Assembly: GCA_964016885.1 (NCBI GenBank)
Contig: OZ024761.1
Span: 2,480,001 to 2,544,000, forward strand
DNA length: 64,000 nt
Direction: 5' to 3'
From: Eledone cirrhosa
Lineage: Eukaryota
Shown here: positions 38,794-50,809 of the stretch, one piece after another
How positions within the stretch are numbered: position 1 is the stretch's first letter
How the letters are laid out: each line of letters begins with the position of its first letter
The notes under the pieces: model-generated
What the model was told of the DNA's origin: nothing
What the model saw: the letters and a program-made list of their open reading frames with translations, nothing else
Databases searched by the model: none
Translations under genes and position numbers: made by a program

Positions 38794-38845
<52 letters not shown>

Positions 38846-38949
38846 GAGACAGGGAGAGAGACAGAGACAGAGAGAGACAGGGAGAGAGACAGAGAGAGAC
38901 AGAGATAGAAAGACAGTGTTGTGTTGTTTTATTCCACCCCAACAGACAA

Positions 38950-39225
38950 ATGGTTACCTTATTAAGGGTTCAGTCCACCGCCGCCCCCACCGCCCTTCCA
39001 TTCGCCTTATCTTTCTTCTTCTTCGTCGTCGTTAATTGCTCCATAGATGGAGCAACAACAACAACAGAAACTTCTTCGAAGAATCCAGACGAAGATTCCC
39101 CGTGGGGCCAGCTAGCGAGTGCCGCCCTCTCTCCCACCACGACAGGCGACAGCACCACCGCCACCAGTAGTATAACTACAGGTGGTGGTGGTGCTGTCTG
39201 GCCCAGGAATTACTTCGAAGCTGTG
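38950..39225 (+). CDS. Matrix metalloproteinase, probable first coding exon (signal peptide-like segment + S/T-rich linker)
   Basis: ATG, hydrophobic ALPFALSFFFFVVVNC, strong GTGAGT donor in phase 0. Splices to 43186 to give YFEAV-NYLIRYGYL. Confidence 0.7.
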
Positions 39226-39399
39226 GTGAGTTCTTTTATTTACGTATTTATTGTTGATTTTTATTGTTATTTTCTGCTTTTTTTTGGTGGAGGGGCGGGG
39301 TGGGGTGGGGTCGGGTGGGGTGGGGAGTGAATTCAAATCCCGTGGGGGGTTAACTTTGTCTATCATCCTTACTGGGTCGATAAAATAAAGTACCAGTAA

Positions 39400-40060
39400 T
39401 GTACAACACCACCACCACCACCATTACCATTACCACCGCCACCATCACCACCACCACCAACACAACCACCATTACCATTACCACCACCACCAACACCACC
39501 AACACCACCACCAACACAACCACCATTACCACCACCACCACCACCACCATTACCACCGCCACCATTACCATTACCACCAACACCACCACCAACACAACCA
39601 CCATTACCACCACCACCACCAACACCATTACCACTGCCACCATCACCACCACCAACACCACCACCACCAACACCACCACCATTACCATTACCACCACCAC
39701 CACCACCACCAACACCATTACCACCGCCACCATCATCACCATCATTACCATTACCACCACCACCACCACCAACACCATTACCACCGCCACCATCATCACC
39801 ATCACCATTACCACGACCACCAACACTACCAACACCACCACCAACACAACCACCATTACCACCACCACCACCATTACCACCGCCACTATCAACACCATCA
39901 CCAACACCACCATTACCACAACCACCACCACCACCACCATCACCAACACCACCACCATTACAACCACCATCACCAACACCATCACCATTACCATTACCCC
40001 CCATTAACACCATCACCACTACCTTCATTACCATCATCATCATCATCATCATCATCACCA
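39400..40060. repeat. (ACC/ATT)n low-complexity array
   Basis: Direct reading. Confidence 0.95.
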
Positions 40061-41257
40061 GTACTACCACTTTACAGAGTGTACTGGGTGTATTTTATCA
40101 TAACACCAACACTACCACTTTACAGAGTGTACTGTGTGTATTTTATCATGACACCAACACTACCACTTTACAGAGTGTACTGTGTGTATTTTATCATGAC
40201 ACCAGCACTACCACTTTACAGAGTGTACTGTGTGTATTTTATCATGACACCAGCACTACCACTTTACAGAGTGTACTGTGTGTATTTTATCATGACACCA
40301 GCACTACCACTTTGCAGAGTGTACTGGGTGTATTTTATCATGACACCAGCACTACCACTTTACAGAGTGTACTGTGTGTATTTTATCATGACACCAGCAC
40401 TACCACTTTACAGAGTGTACTGTGTGTATTTTATCATGACACCAGCACTACCACTTTGCAGAGTGTACTGGGTGTATTTTATCATGACACCAGCACTACC
40501 ACTTTACAGAGTGTACTGTGTGTATTTTATCATGACACCAGCACTACCACTTTACAGAGTGTACTGTGTGTATTTTATCATGACACCAGCACTACCACTT
40601 TACAGAGTGTACTGGGTGTATTTTATCATGACACCAGCACTACCACTTTACAGAGTGTACTGGGTGTATTTTATCATAACACCAACACTACCACTTTACA
40701 GAGTGTACTGTGTGTATTTTATCATGACACCAACACTACCACTTTACAGAGTGTACTGTGTGTATTTTATCATGACACCAGCACTACCACTTTACAGAGT
40801 GTACTGGGTGTATTTTATCATGACACCAACACTACCACTTTACAGAGTGTACTGGGTGTATTTTATCATAACACCAACACTACCACTTTACAGAGTGTAC
40901 TGTGTGTATTTTATCATGACACCAGCACTACCACTTTACAGAGTGTACTGGGTGTATTTTATCATGACACCAACACTACCACTTTACAGAGTGTACTGTG
41001 TGTATTTTATCATGACACCAGCACTACCACTTTACAGAGTGTACTGGGTGTATTTTATCATGACACCAACACTACCACTTTACAGAGTGTACTGTGTGTA
41101 TTTTATCATGACACCAACACTACCACTTTACAGAGTGTACTGGGTGTATTTTATCATGACACCAGCACTACCACTTTACAGAGTGTACTGTGTGTATTTT
41201 ATCATGACACCAGCACTACCACTTTACAGAGTGTACTGGGTGTATTTTATCATGACA
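40058..41257. repeat. 48-bp minisatellite, about 25 units, SINE/RTE-UTR derived
   Basis: Unit ccagcactaccactttacagagtgtactg(t/g)gtgtattttatcatgaca; resembles 15797-15848 and 60915-60960. Confidence 0.92.
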
Positions 41258-41312
41258 AAATTAGTTGTTCTATTAAAGTGTTTATATTTATCTAAAATAA
41301 TAAAAGTAAAAA

Positions 41313-41730
41313 ATTAGTTATATCACTAAACCCTTTCAAATTAGTTATATCACACCTTTCACTTTAGTTATATCACTAAACCCTTTCAAATTAGTTATAT
41401 CACACCTTTCACTTTAGTTATATCACTAAACCCTTTCAAATTAGTTATATCACCCCTTTCACTTTAGTTATATCACTAAACCCTTTCAAATTAGTTATAT
41501 CACCCCTTTCACTTTAGTTATATCACTAAACCCTTTCAAATTAGTTATATCACCCCTTTCACTTTAGTTATATCACTAAACCCTTTCAAATTAGTTATAT
41601 CACCCCTTTCACTTTAGTTATATCACTAAACCCTTTCAAATTAGTTATATCACCCCTTTCACTTTAGTTATATCACTAAACCCTTTCAAATTAGTTATAT
41701 CACCCCTTTCACTTTAGTTATATCACTAAA
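41313..41730. repeat. 50-bp (27+23 dimeric) minisatellite, about 8 units
   Basis: ttagttatatcactaaaccctttcaaa-ttagttatatcacccctttcact. Confidence 0.92.
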
Positions 41731-43185
41731 CTCTTGGCAGGATTTGAACTCAGACTGTAAAGGGATGTAACTCTATGCTGCAAAGCATTGTGTCTGATGC
41801 TATGGTTACATCCACCTTGGTTATCCTGGGTACTCTGACAATACCAAATTCTTCCGTTAATCCTTTCATAGTCATATTTCTAATGAAATACTTTTCTTCT
41901 TCTTCTTCTTCTTCTTCTTCTTCTTCTTCTTCTTCTTCTTCTTCTTCTTCTTCTTCTTCTTCTTCTTCTTCTTCCTGAGAGGGTCGAGGGGGGCTGAGTC
42001 CTCAAACACTCCCTTCAGTGGGTCCTGTCAGAAGCAACTATTTCCAACTGATCCTGCTGGATCCCCAAGCAAGACCAGCCAAGCTCATGGATGTTATCCA
42101 ACCATGTTGTTCGGGGTCCATCCCTGGGTCTCCTGCTCTGTATTTCAATTAATTAATAAGGAATTTGGAGGGATTTACTAAAACTATTAATTATACTTTG
42201 GGAGGGTCATGCTGCCAACAAAAAAACAAAAAAAAACAAAACACATGCACCTGTTTGATTTCACTTTATTATTATAATTTCCCGCCGAGTTCAAATCCCG
42301 CTGAGGTTGACTTTGCCTTTCATCCTTACGGGGTCGATAAAATAAAGTACCAGTAATGCACTGGGTAATTGCTGGCCTTGTGCCTAAAGTAGAAACAATT
42401 ATTATAATTTCCCAGTTAGTTGTTAACTGTTTGTTGTCATCAAAGCTCTTTTGTCACACATTCTGTAACCTCCTCAGTGATTACTTTTGTTGTTATTTTG
42501 CGTCTCTCCTTTGTTCTGTCTTACACCATCTTGTTTTTGTGAGTTGTGTACTATTAATTATTTCATTACTAAGATAGAAACTTAACAAATATGTATAATT
42601 ATGTTGGAAGATATTTGTTCCCTAGAACTAGAGCCAGTACAGACTGGGTTGGTATCAAGATACTTAACACATTTTCTTATATACAATTATGTTGGAAGAT
42701 TTAAAATTAAATAGGAAACTTTTAAAACAGGGAATTTTTTTTCAAAGAACCAGATCCATTTTTGTTTGGGTTGGTATCAATTAGAATATTTTAATCTAAA
42801 TAAGAACCCTTTAACCCTTTAGCATTTACTTTACTCTATATTTACAATTATATTTTCACAGTAAAAGCTTTACCTTAGATACTTAGCCCTCATAATATCG
42901 AACCTATGAGATTTTCATGTTATTTATTTTGAGCATAATACCTTAACATCAGTATGAGCAGCCAGATAAGAAACCACCCCTTTTAAAGAACTCTTTAAAA
43001 GGGGTGGCTTTATTTCAATAGAACCAGAAACAGATTTGGTAGGGTTGGTATCAGGGTTCTTATATATAATTATATTTGAAGATTTTATTTTAAAAGTGGT
43101 GGTTTTATTTCAATGGACATATTTGGTAGGGTTATTATGAAAAGGGGTTGATATTTATATTTCTCCCTATTGTCTTTTGTTATAG

Positions 43186-43312
43186 AACTATCTGATACGG
43201 TATGGCTACCTCCACCCTGGTTATGGTTGGATCCTGGGCAATACCGAGTCCAGAATTGAACTACAGACAGCTCTCCAGAGGTTCCAGAGAATTGCTGCCA
43301 TTACAATAACAG
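43186..43312 (+). CDS. Matrix metalloproteinase exon 2, propeptide (peptidoglycan-binding-like) domain
   Basis: Pyrimidine tract + tatag acceptor. NYLIRYGYLHPGYGWILGNTESRIELQTALQRFQRIAAITITG fits the MMP prodomain pattern YL..YGYL...AL..FQ...TG. 127 bp, GT donor in phase 1. No PRCG exon found in the window. Confidence 0.8.
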
Positions 43313-43954
43313 GTTCACCTTTACTTTCCTTCAGTTTTGTTTGATTTATCTCCCTTTTAGTACTCCATAGAGAGACATGAGTACATGTTCCTTATGTTGA
43401 GTACAGCATGTCCCCTCCATCACTTATCATGTCTCTTCTGTTGAATACTCCATGATCCTCCTGCTAAGTATTCATGTCCCCTACAGAGGTACTCCTGTCA
43501 CATAAGGAACATTTCATTGTTCTACAGCAAAGGTTCTCAAGGGGGGGGGGGGGCGTTTCGGAGCTCCAGGGGGCGTTGGGAGGGGGGCGTTTGAAGCTTT
43601 GTGGGGTGGTAGGGGGGGGGGGGGGAATTGGAAGGCTATTTACTTAGGTAAGTTTTATAAGCCATATCTCTGAGACAGCCAGAGTGAATGAATTTGAATG
43701 AAAAAAACGAAAAAAATAAATAAAAGAAGCTTGTCAACGAACTCACTAGGGAGATAAAAGAAAATGAAAATAAGGAGAACTTCAACTTTGACAACAGTTA
43801 CAAGAACAACAGAAACGACAAGAAAAAGAAGCAATGGTGATGAAAGGTGTGGGTGTATACATATACATATACATACAATCATACACATACATACATACAT
43901 ACATACATACATACATACATACATACATACATACATACATACATACATACATAC

Positions 43955-44400
43955 ATGGTGGCTGCCAACTCGTTTTTGAGTACGGCCACTACTTTACATC
44001 CATGTAGGAGAACCCCTACCGATGCGCTGAACGAGTGTGACTTTTTAGTCCAGCCAGCGACTTGAAAACTCTGGTACAAACACTACACTTGTGACAATTA
44101 TTGACACATAGTGCTGGGCCCATGGTACCATGTGACGACAAGTGCAGAGAGATCTCCAGATACAAAGCAATGCCTGTGCCGTGAAGCTTTTATAGTGAGC
44201 AAAGGCACTGCACAAAGCCAGTCCCACTCTCTTAACCAAGATGATATTTACCAAAAAGAAGAACAAGTCAACATCATTGGATACCATCAGGGTTGCAGGT
44301 GTTATATCAGAGTTTTCCTTCTCCTAGAATTCTGCCTTGACAAAGGCTAAGGGGTCATCTCTCCCGGTGATTTTGGATGGCCATTGACTCTTAAGAGCTC
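43955..44400 (-). mobile_element. RTE-like 5' UTR fragment
   Basis: gagttttccttctcctagaa...gccttgacaaaggcta matches 16110-16150 at the 5' end of the RTE. Confidence 0.5.
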
Positions 44401-44752
44401 CTTTGCCCTTTGACAGGTTTTGTTTTTAGTCCTGCAGGATGTTCAAAGTCACCCTCCTCACCAAGAAACCTACATACATACATACACACATATACACACA
44501 CAGGCCTGCGTTAGTGTTTAATGAGGTTGAGAACCTGGTCAGCTTTCAGCCGGGGCTGTGGTATTTAATCTCCCTAGATAATAAAATCTGGAGACATTTT
44601 CTCCTTACCAAAAAAGAAAAAAACATAAATCATATCAACATCCTTACACACTTAAATATAAATGCATGTATATATATACAAATGTAGAAATGCATAGGTA
44701 AATGCATGTATGTATATATATATGTATGTATGTAGATTTATATATATATATA

Positions 44753-45074
44753 TACGATATTAAATAAATGGAAACTATATTTATAAAACCATATTTATTT
44801 CATTATATATATTTCAGGGATATCATATTAAAAATATGGTATGCCTTCTTCAGACAAAATACAATATAAACAGTTTATATTGTATTTTGTCTGAAGAAGG
44901 CATACCATATTTTTAATATGATATCCCTGAAATATATATAATGAAATAAATATGGTTTTATAAATATAGTTTCCATTTATTTAATATCGTAAATATACTC
45001 CAAATACTTGTTGAGTGCTTTTATATCAGTTATAAATATTTACTCGTTGTAACCCAACAATTTAAATAAAACTT

Positions 45075-45078
<4 letters not shown>
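44753..45078. mobile_element. Fold-back mini-PLE: perfect 119-bp arms, 1-nt loop, HHR in each arm, plus tail
   Basis: Arms 44753-44871 and 44873-44991. Plus-strand HHR 44883-44948: tattttgt-CTGAAGA-agg...cct-GAAA-tatata-T-A-atgaaata. Confidence 0.85.
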
Positions 45079-45135
<57 letters not shown>

Positions 45136-45155
45136 CATTATACACACACACAGAT

Positions 45156-45189
<34 letters not shown>

Positions 45190-45393
45190 TTTTCAGTGTT
45201 AGGGTCCATACCGTAGTAGATAGAACTCAATGTAATCTTGTAAAATCCATAGAGAAGTTTTGTTTCGCTGAATTAATTCTTTAGATACAGAGTCAGATAT
45301 TAGGTATTAATTTAACAATAAAAATAAAAACAACAAATAACAACAAAGTTATAAAGTAACTTGACTTTGTTTTTTATTTTCATTGTTAACTTG

Positions 45394-45760
<367 letters not shown>

Positions 45761-45780
45761 GACAGAAAAAAAGTAAAGTG

Positions 45781-45844
<64 letters not shown>

Positions 45845-46170
45845 AGAGGGGTCTCAAATTGAAGGACATAAAAGGGCCATTATGTCCTGGAGGAGAGGCA
45901 CAGTGGGCCAAAGGTGGTGGTGGATGAAGGCAAAGTTGAGATCGGCAGAATTTGAACTCGGAACGTAAAAACGGAAGAAGTACCGCTAAGCATTTCGCCA
46001 GATGTGCTAATGATTCCACCAGATGTGCTAATGATTCCACCAGCTCACCGCCTTATTTTCACCAGTTATAATGGAAACTGAAATATTGGTTCTACCACGG
46101 GCCATAGAAAAGTAGTTCGCGGGCCGCATGTTTGAGCCTCCTGCTGGAGAGATAGATAGACGTGTACCAA

Positions 46171-46277
<107 letters not shown>

Positions 46278-46319
46278 GGTTATACTTAATTTGTTGGGAT
46301 ACAACAAGCAAAATATTTT

Positions 46320-46818
46320 GGCATACGTTAAGACGGGCGTTCCGGAAAGTGAAAGTAAATTTTTTGACAACAGTGAATTTTTTTTTTTTTTTTTTTTTTA
46401 CAATGAAAGTTACGATACACACGCAATTGTATGGATTTCTTAATATATATATATGTGTGGGTGTGTATATGTGTGTATATATATGTGTGTCTGTATGTAT
46501 ATATATATGTGTGTTTGTATATATATGTGTGTTTGTGTCATCATCATCGTTTAACGTCTATCTAAAGAAAGAATAATCACACACGCAATACTAATTAACA
46601 CCATATCACTATAGAGACCTGTTGTAAATAAACAAACAAATTCACAGTGTACACACATATATACACACATATACACACCCACACACATATATATATTAAG
46701 AAATCCATACAATTGCGTGTGTATCGTAACTTTCATTGTAAAAAAAAACAAACAAACAAATTCACTGTTGTCAAAAAATTTACTTTCACTTTCCAGAATG
46801 CCCGTCTTAACGTATGCC
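46320..46818. mobile_element. Mutator-like MITE with ~175-bp TIRs and a 9-bp TSD
   Basis: TIR GGCATACGTTAAGACGGGC...; aaatatttt duplicated at 46311-46319 and 46819-46827. Confidence 0.75.
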
Positions 46819-46913
46819 AAATATTTTTATAACTGATATAAAGCACTCAACAAATTATTGGAGTAAATATACAATATATTAACAAATGGAAACTATATTT
46901 ATAAAACCATATT

Positions 46914-46979
46914 TATTTCATTATACATATTTCAAGGGCCACCAAGGCAAACTATGGTGCGCTTTCATCAGAAAAAATA
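46914..46979 (-). ncRNA. Hammerhead ribozyme, same PLE family as 44753
   Basis: Minus strand tatttttt-CTGATGA-aag..cacca/tggtg..ctt-GAAA-tatgta-T-A-atgaaata. Confidence 0.7.
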
Positions 46980-47070
46980 TAATATTGGTTAGTTTTATAA
47001 ATAAATATTGACATACCCTGAGAAAAAAAAAAAAAAAAAAAAAAAATATATATGGCTTAGTGGTTATAGA

Positions 47071-47418
47071 CACATGGCTTAATGGTTAGAGCATTAGCCT
47101 TGCAATCGAAAGGTTGTGAGTTCAATTCTCAGACCGAGTGATGTGTTGTTTCCTTGAGCAAGAAACTTCATTCACATTGCTCCTGTTTACTCAGCTGTTT
47201 ACTCACTGCAAAGTGGTCGTGGAGGTGCCACGGCAAAAAAGCACCCAGTCCACACTGAAAATTGGACGTGTAGGCGCCACGGAAAAAAGCACCCACCACT
47301 CACTGTAAATGAGGTTGGTGTTAGGAAGGGCATCCAGCTGTAGAAATCAAGCCAGAATCAGTTTCCGTCCCACCCTTGCAAGCAGGGTAAAAGCGGACGT
47401 AAAATGAAGTGATGATGA
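47071..47418 (+). mobile_element. Full tRNA-derived SINE with RTE-type 3' tail
   Basis: A box TGGCTTAATGG, B box GAGTTCAATTC, central ccttgagcaag..actt, and a 3' end ccttgcaagcaggg...cggacgtaaaatga shared with the RTE at 12536 and 6484. Confidence 0.85.
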
Positions 47419-47477
47419 TATATATATATATATTCATATATATAGAAGTCGTTACACAACAGTTAGTTCACCATACC

Positions 47478-47560
47478 GAGAACAATTGTTTCACCTTAGC
47501 GGATTCTCAGCTCATAGTCCATTACGAGCTGAGGATCCGCTAAGATGAAACAATTGTTTT
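47478..47560. ncRNA. Inverted pair of minimal HHRs (fold-back)
   Basis: Plus strand gag-CTGAGGA-tccgctaagat-GAAA-caattg-T-T. Minus strand gag-CTGAGAA-tccgctaaggt-GAAA-caattg-T-T-ctc. Confidence 0.65.
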
Positions 47561-47596
47561 TGTACCAAAAACAAGGTACACACAGACACACACACA

Positions 47597-47701
<105 letters not shown>

Positions 47702-48232
47702 CTATCTATGTATATATATATATATAAGGGATACAGATATTGTTTGCTCACTGTCACCAGGCATCTCAATTCATTTGTTGCACTTAAGTTTGTGATCAAG
47801 GCACTTTATTTTGCAAGGTACTATTTTTCCCTTGAGTTTGTGATTCAAGAGAAAGGTAAGAAATTCTTCATATTTTGCATCTTTTGTATTTTGACTTTAC
47901 AGTTTGAATTGTAGAATTGTCAATCCACTCAAAATATTACAACAGCTAACAGTGAAATATAGAATTAAAAAAAAAAAAGCTTTCTCGATTGAGATCAAAT
48001 CTTTGAGAACATTTACATCTTTTTTTTTTTAAATATATAATTTGAAATAGCTTGTTTTTGTTTTGGACTGAAACTTTTTTGTATTTAATTCGTACGAGTA
48101 TTTTTTAAAGATTTTTTAAACGAGTCTAACATAACTTGATTTGGCCCAGTAATCTACTGATATTAAAATCAGTAGTATATTGAACAATGGAAAAATAGGG
48201 TAGGGGGCGTTTCGTGATTTTGAGGGGCAAAA

Positions 48233-49970
48233 TATAGGAAAAAGTTTAACCCCGACGGCAGAGCTCAAGCCGTTTCGACGGCTATTTCTGGACTAAATTA
48301 GAATTTTTAACGTGGTAAATAAATAGCCGAACTTAAATCTTTCAAGGCAGTGGGTGGTGGGGGTGGCTGATCTTGCCTGTAGATCAATGAGGGAGGGAGT
48401 GGGTGGAGTCGGTCAAGCGTTGGAAGTGAATTCTATACAGCAAATTCTAAGGAGTGTGTATGAAATTAGGCTACTAAGGAATCAGGCGACAAAGGATTCT
48501 GGAGGAATTAGAGAGTGGGACGTTATAGAATAGGTTAATAAAATGAGATTAAAAGGTAATAAATAAATAAAAAGTATATAAAAATAATAAAATTAAATAG
48601 TAAAAAGTAATAAAAAAAATCTCTAGAGTCTAAAGCAGCTGTGCTATATTTAGTTAGTATTGCGTTTTCGGCCAGTGCTATATATAATTTACTGGGGTGG
48701 GGGTACTGAGGCTACAAAAGCCCGATGGGCTGCCTCGGGATAGGTGAAAGAGGAAAAAGGAAAAGGAGAGGGAGTGGAAGGAAATGATAAGAAGAGATAA
48801 AGGGAAGAAGAAAAGAAAAAGGAAAAGAAAAGAAGTACATCTACCTATGTTAGCTGGGGTTTCCCCTATCTTGTACAGCAAGTGGAGAAAAGAAGGATGT
48901 TGCAGCCATTGTCTACCCACCCGGGTCATGAAGGGATTTGAGGGCGAGGTAAGTCCTATGCAATCAGTGTTTACATGCAGTTACAAGTTCGTCTTTTTTG
49001 TTTAGGAGTTGGTCCTTCGTAAACAGCATTTGTAATGTTTCCTCCGAGCATAAGTTACACTGACAACGTCCTCCTGTGTAGGAGTTAGCTCTGGACAGTA
49101 AGCTCCAAGTGAGTTTGTATGTTATGCTATTATCTTGGAGGTCTCAGATGTGCCCTGAAAGTGTAGTGGCGTGTCGCCGGGCCAGGTTTCGGAACGTATG
49201 TCGGTGTTGGCAGAGCCGGGTCTTAACGTCACAAGCGGTTAATCCTATATAGGCTTTGTTGGAGGTTTCCGTCCTCACGTTACATTAGTAGATCACGTTA
49301 CGTTCTCGGCATTTGTTGTTGAGGGGGCACGTAGATCTATCAGGGCAGTTACACCTCCTGGTCGGCTCTCCACTGATGTCTAGGTTATTTCTTCCATAGG
49401 GGTTGAGTTTTTTGTTGTTTGAGGAGACGATGTTTTGTGCGATGTTGGGTGTGGTGCTGTAGGAGAGTTTGATAGTGTTTTTGTTGATTATGTTGTGGTA
49501 GCGGTGTTATTTACCTATTCTATAACGTCCCACTCTCTAATTCCTCCAGAATCCTTTGTCGCCTGCTTCTCTACTAGCCTAATTTCATACACACTCCTTA
49601 GAATTTGCTGTATAGAATTCACTTTCAACGCTTGATCGGCCCCACCCACTTCCTCATTGTTCTACAGGCAAGTTCAGCCGCCCCCACCTCTCACCCACTG
49701 CCATGAAAGATTTAATTGTGTTTACAAGAAATTTTGACCAATCCTTTTGACAACTACAATCTTCCCATATAAGGAATTACCCCTTGAAAAGTTCGGCTAT
49801 TTATTTACCACGCTAAAAACTCTAATTTAGTCCAGAAATAGCCGTCGAAACGGCTTGAGCTCTGCCTTCGGGGTTAAACTTTTTCCTATTACCCACTGTA
49901 CTACCCTAAGTATTGAGTACTCTGGTGCGTTATGGTCCATCTGGTTCCTTACCACACCTCCGTCGTTATA
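48233..49970 (-). mobile_element. 5'-truncated Penelope-like element: GIY-YIG C-terminus (48913-49360) between ~300-bp inverted pLTRs, plus tail
   Basis: Hand translation CNCPDRSTCPLNNKC..NVIY*C...AYIGLT...KTRLCQH...TTLSGHI*DLQD...WSLLSRANSY...CNLCSEE...LLNKKDELVTACKH. Arms 48233-48537 and 49510-49890. Confidence 0.87.
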
Positions 49971-49974
49971 TATA

Positions 49975-50225
49975 TAAATAAGAGGAAAGCACAAACGGGG
50001 GACATTCCCATCAATTGTCTGCTGGAGATCACGCACATTTCTATGCATTAAAGACAATATATCTAGCTCCAGTACGTCAATAACTATAAGAAGTTATTGG
50101 GGTAAAAAAGGAGAGAGAGAGAGATATGGAGCTAAACATATTGTCTTTAATGTGTAGAACTGTGCGTGATCTCCAGCAGACAACTGAAGATGGGAATGTC
50201 CCCCATTTGTGCTTCCCTCTTATTT
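49975..50225. repeat. Imperfect inverted repeat (~95-bp arms)
   Basis: agaggaaagcacaaacgggggacattcccatc...tctagctcca versus tggagctaaac...gatgggaatgtccccc atttgtgcttccctct. Confidence 0.75.
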
Positions 50226-50264
50226 CTAAATACATTTTATCAAGTAACCACACAGCTCCCTATT

Positions 50265-50802
<538 letters not shown>

Positions 50803-50809
<7 letters not shown>

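Noticed and set aside
40079-41317. 412-aa repeat protein ORF
   Set aside because: A 48-bp unit is a multiple of 3 and stop-free by chance; it is TE-derived and intronic.
47071-47150. tRNA gene
   Set aside because: A and B boxes are present, but there is no convincing acceptor stem and it continues into a SINE body and RTE tail.
48913-49360. In-frame TGA codons as selenocysteine, reported for some PLEs
   Set aside because: The stops fall at Trp and Lys-equivalent positions relative to the 29597 homologue, one is TAA, and the Cys codons are ordinary. This is simple decay. The Naiad-like copies show no TGA at Cys sites either.
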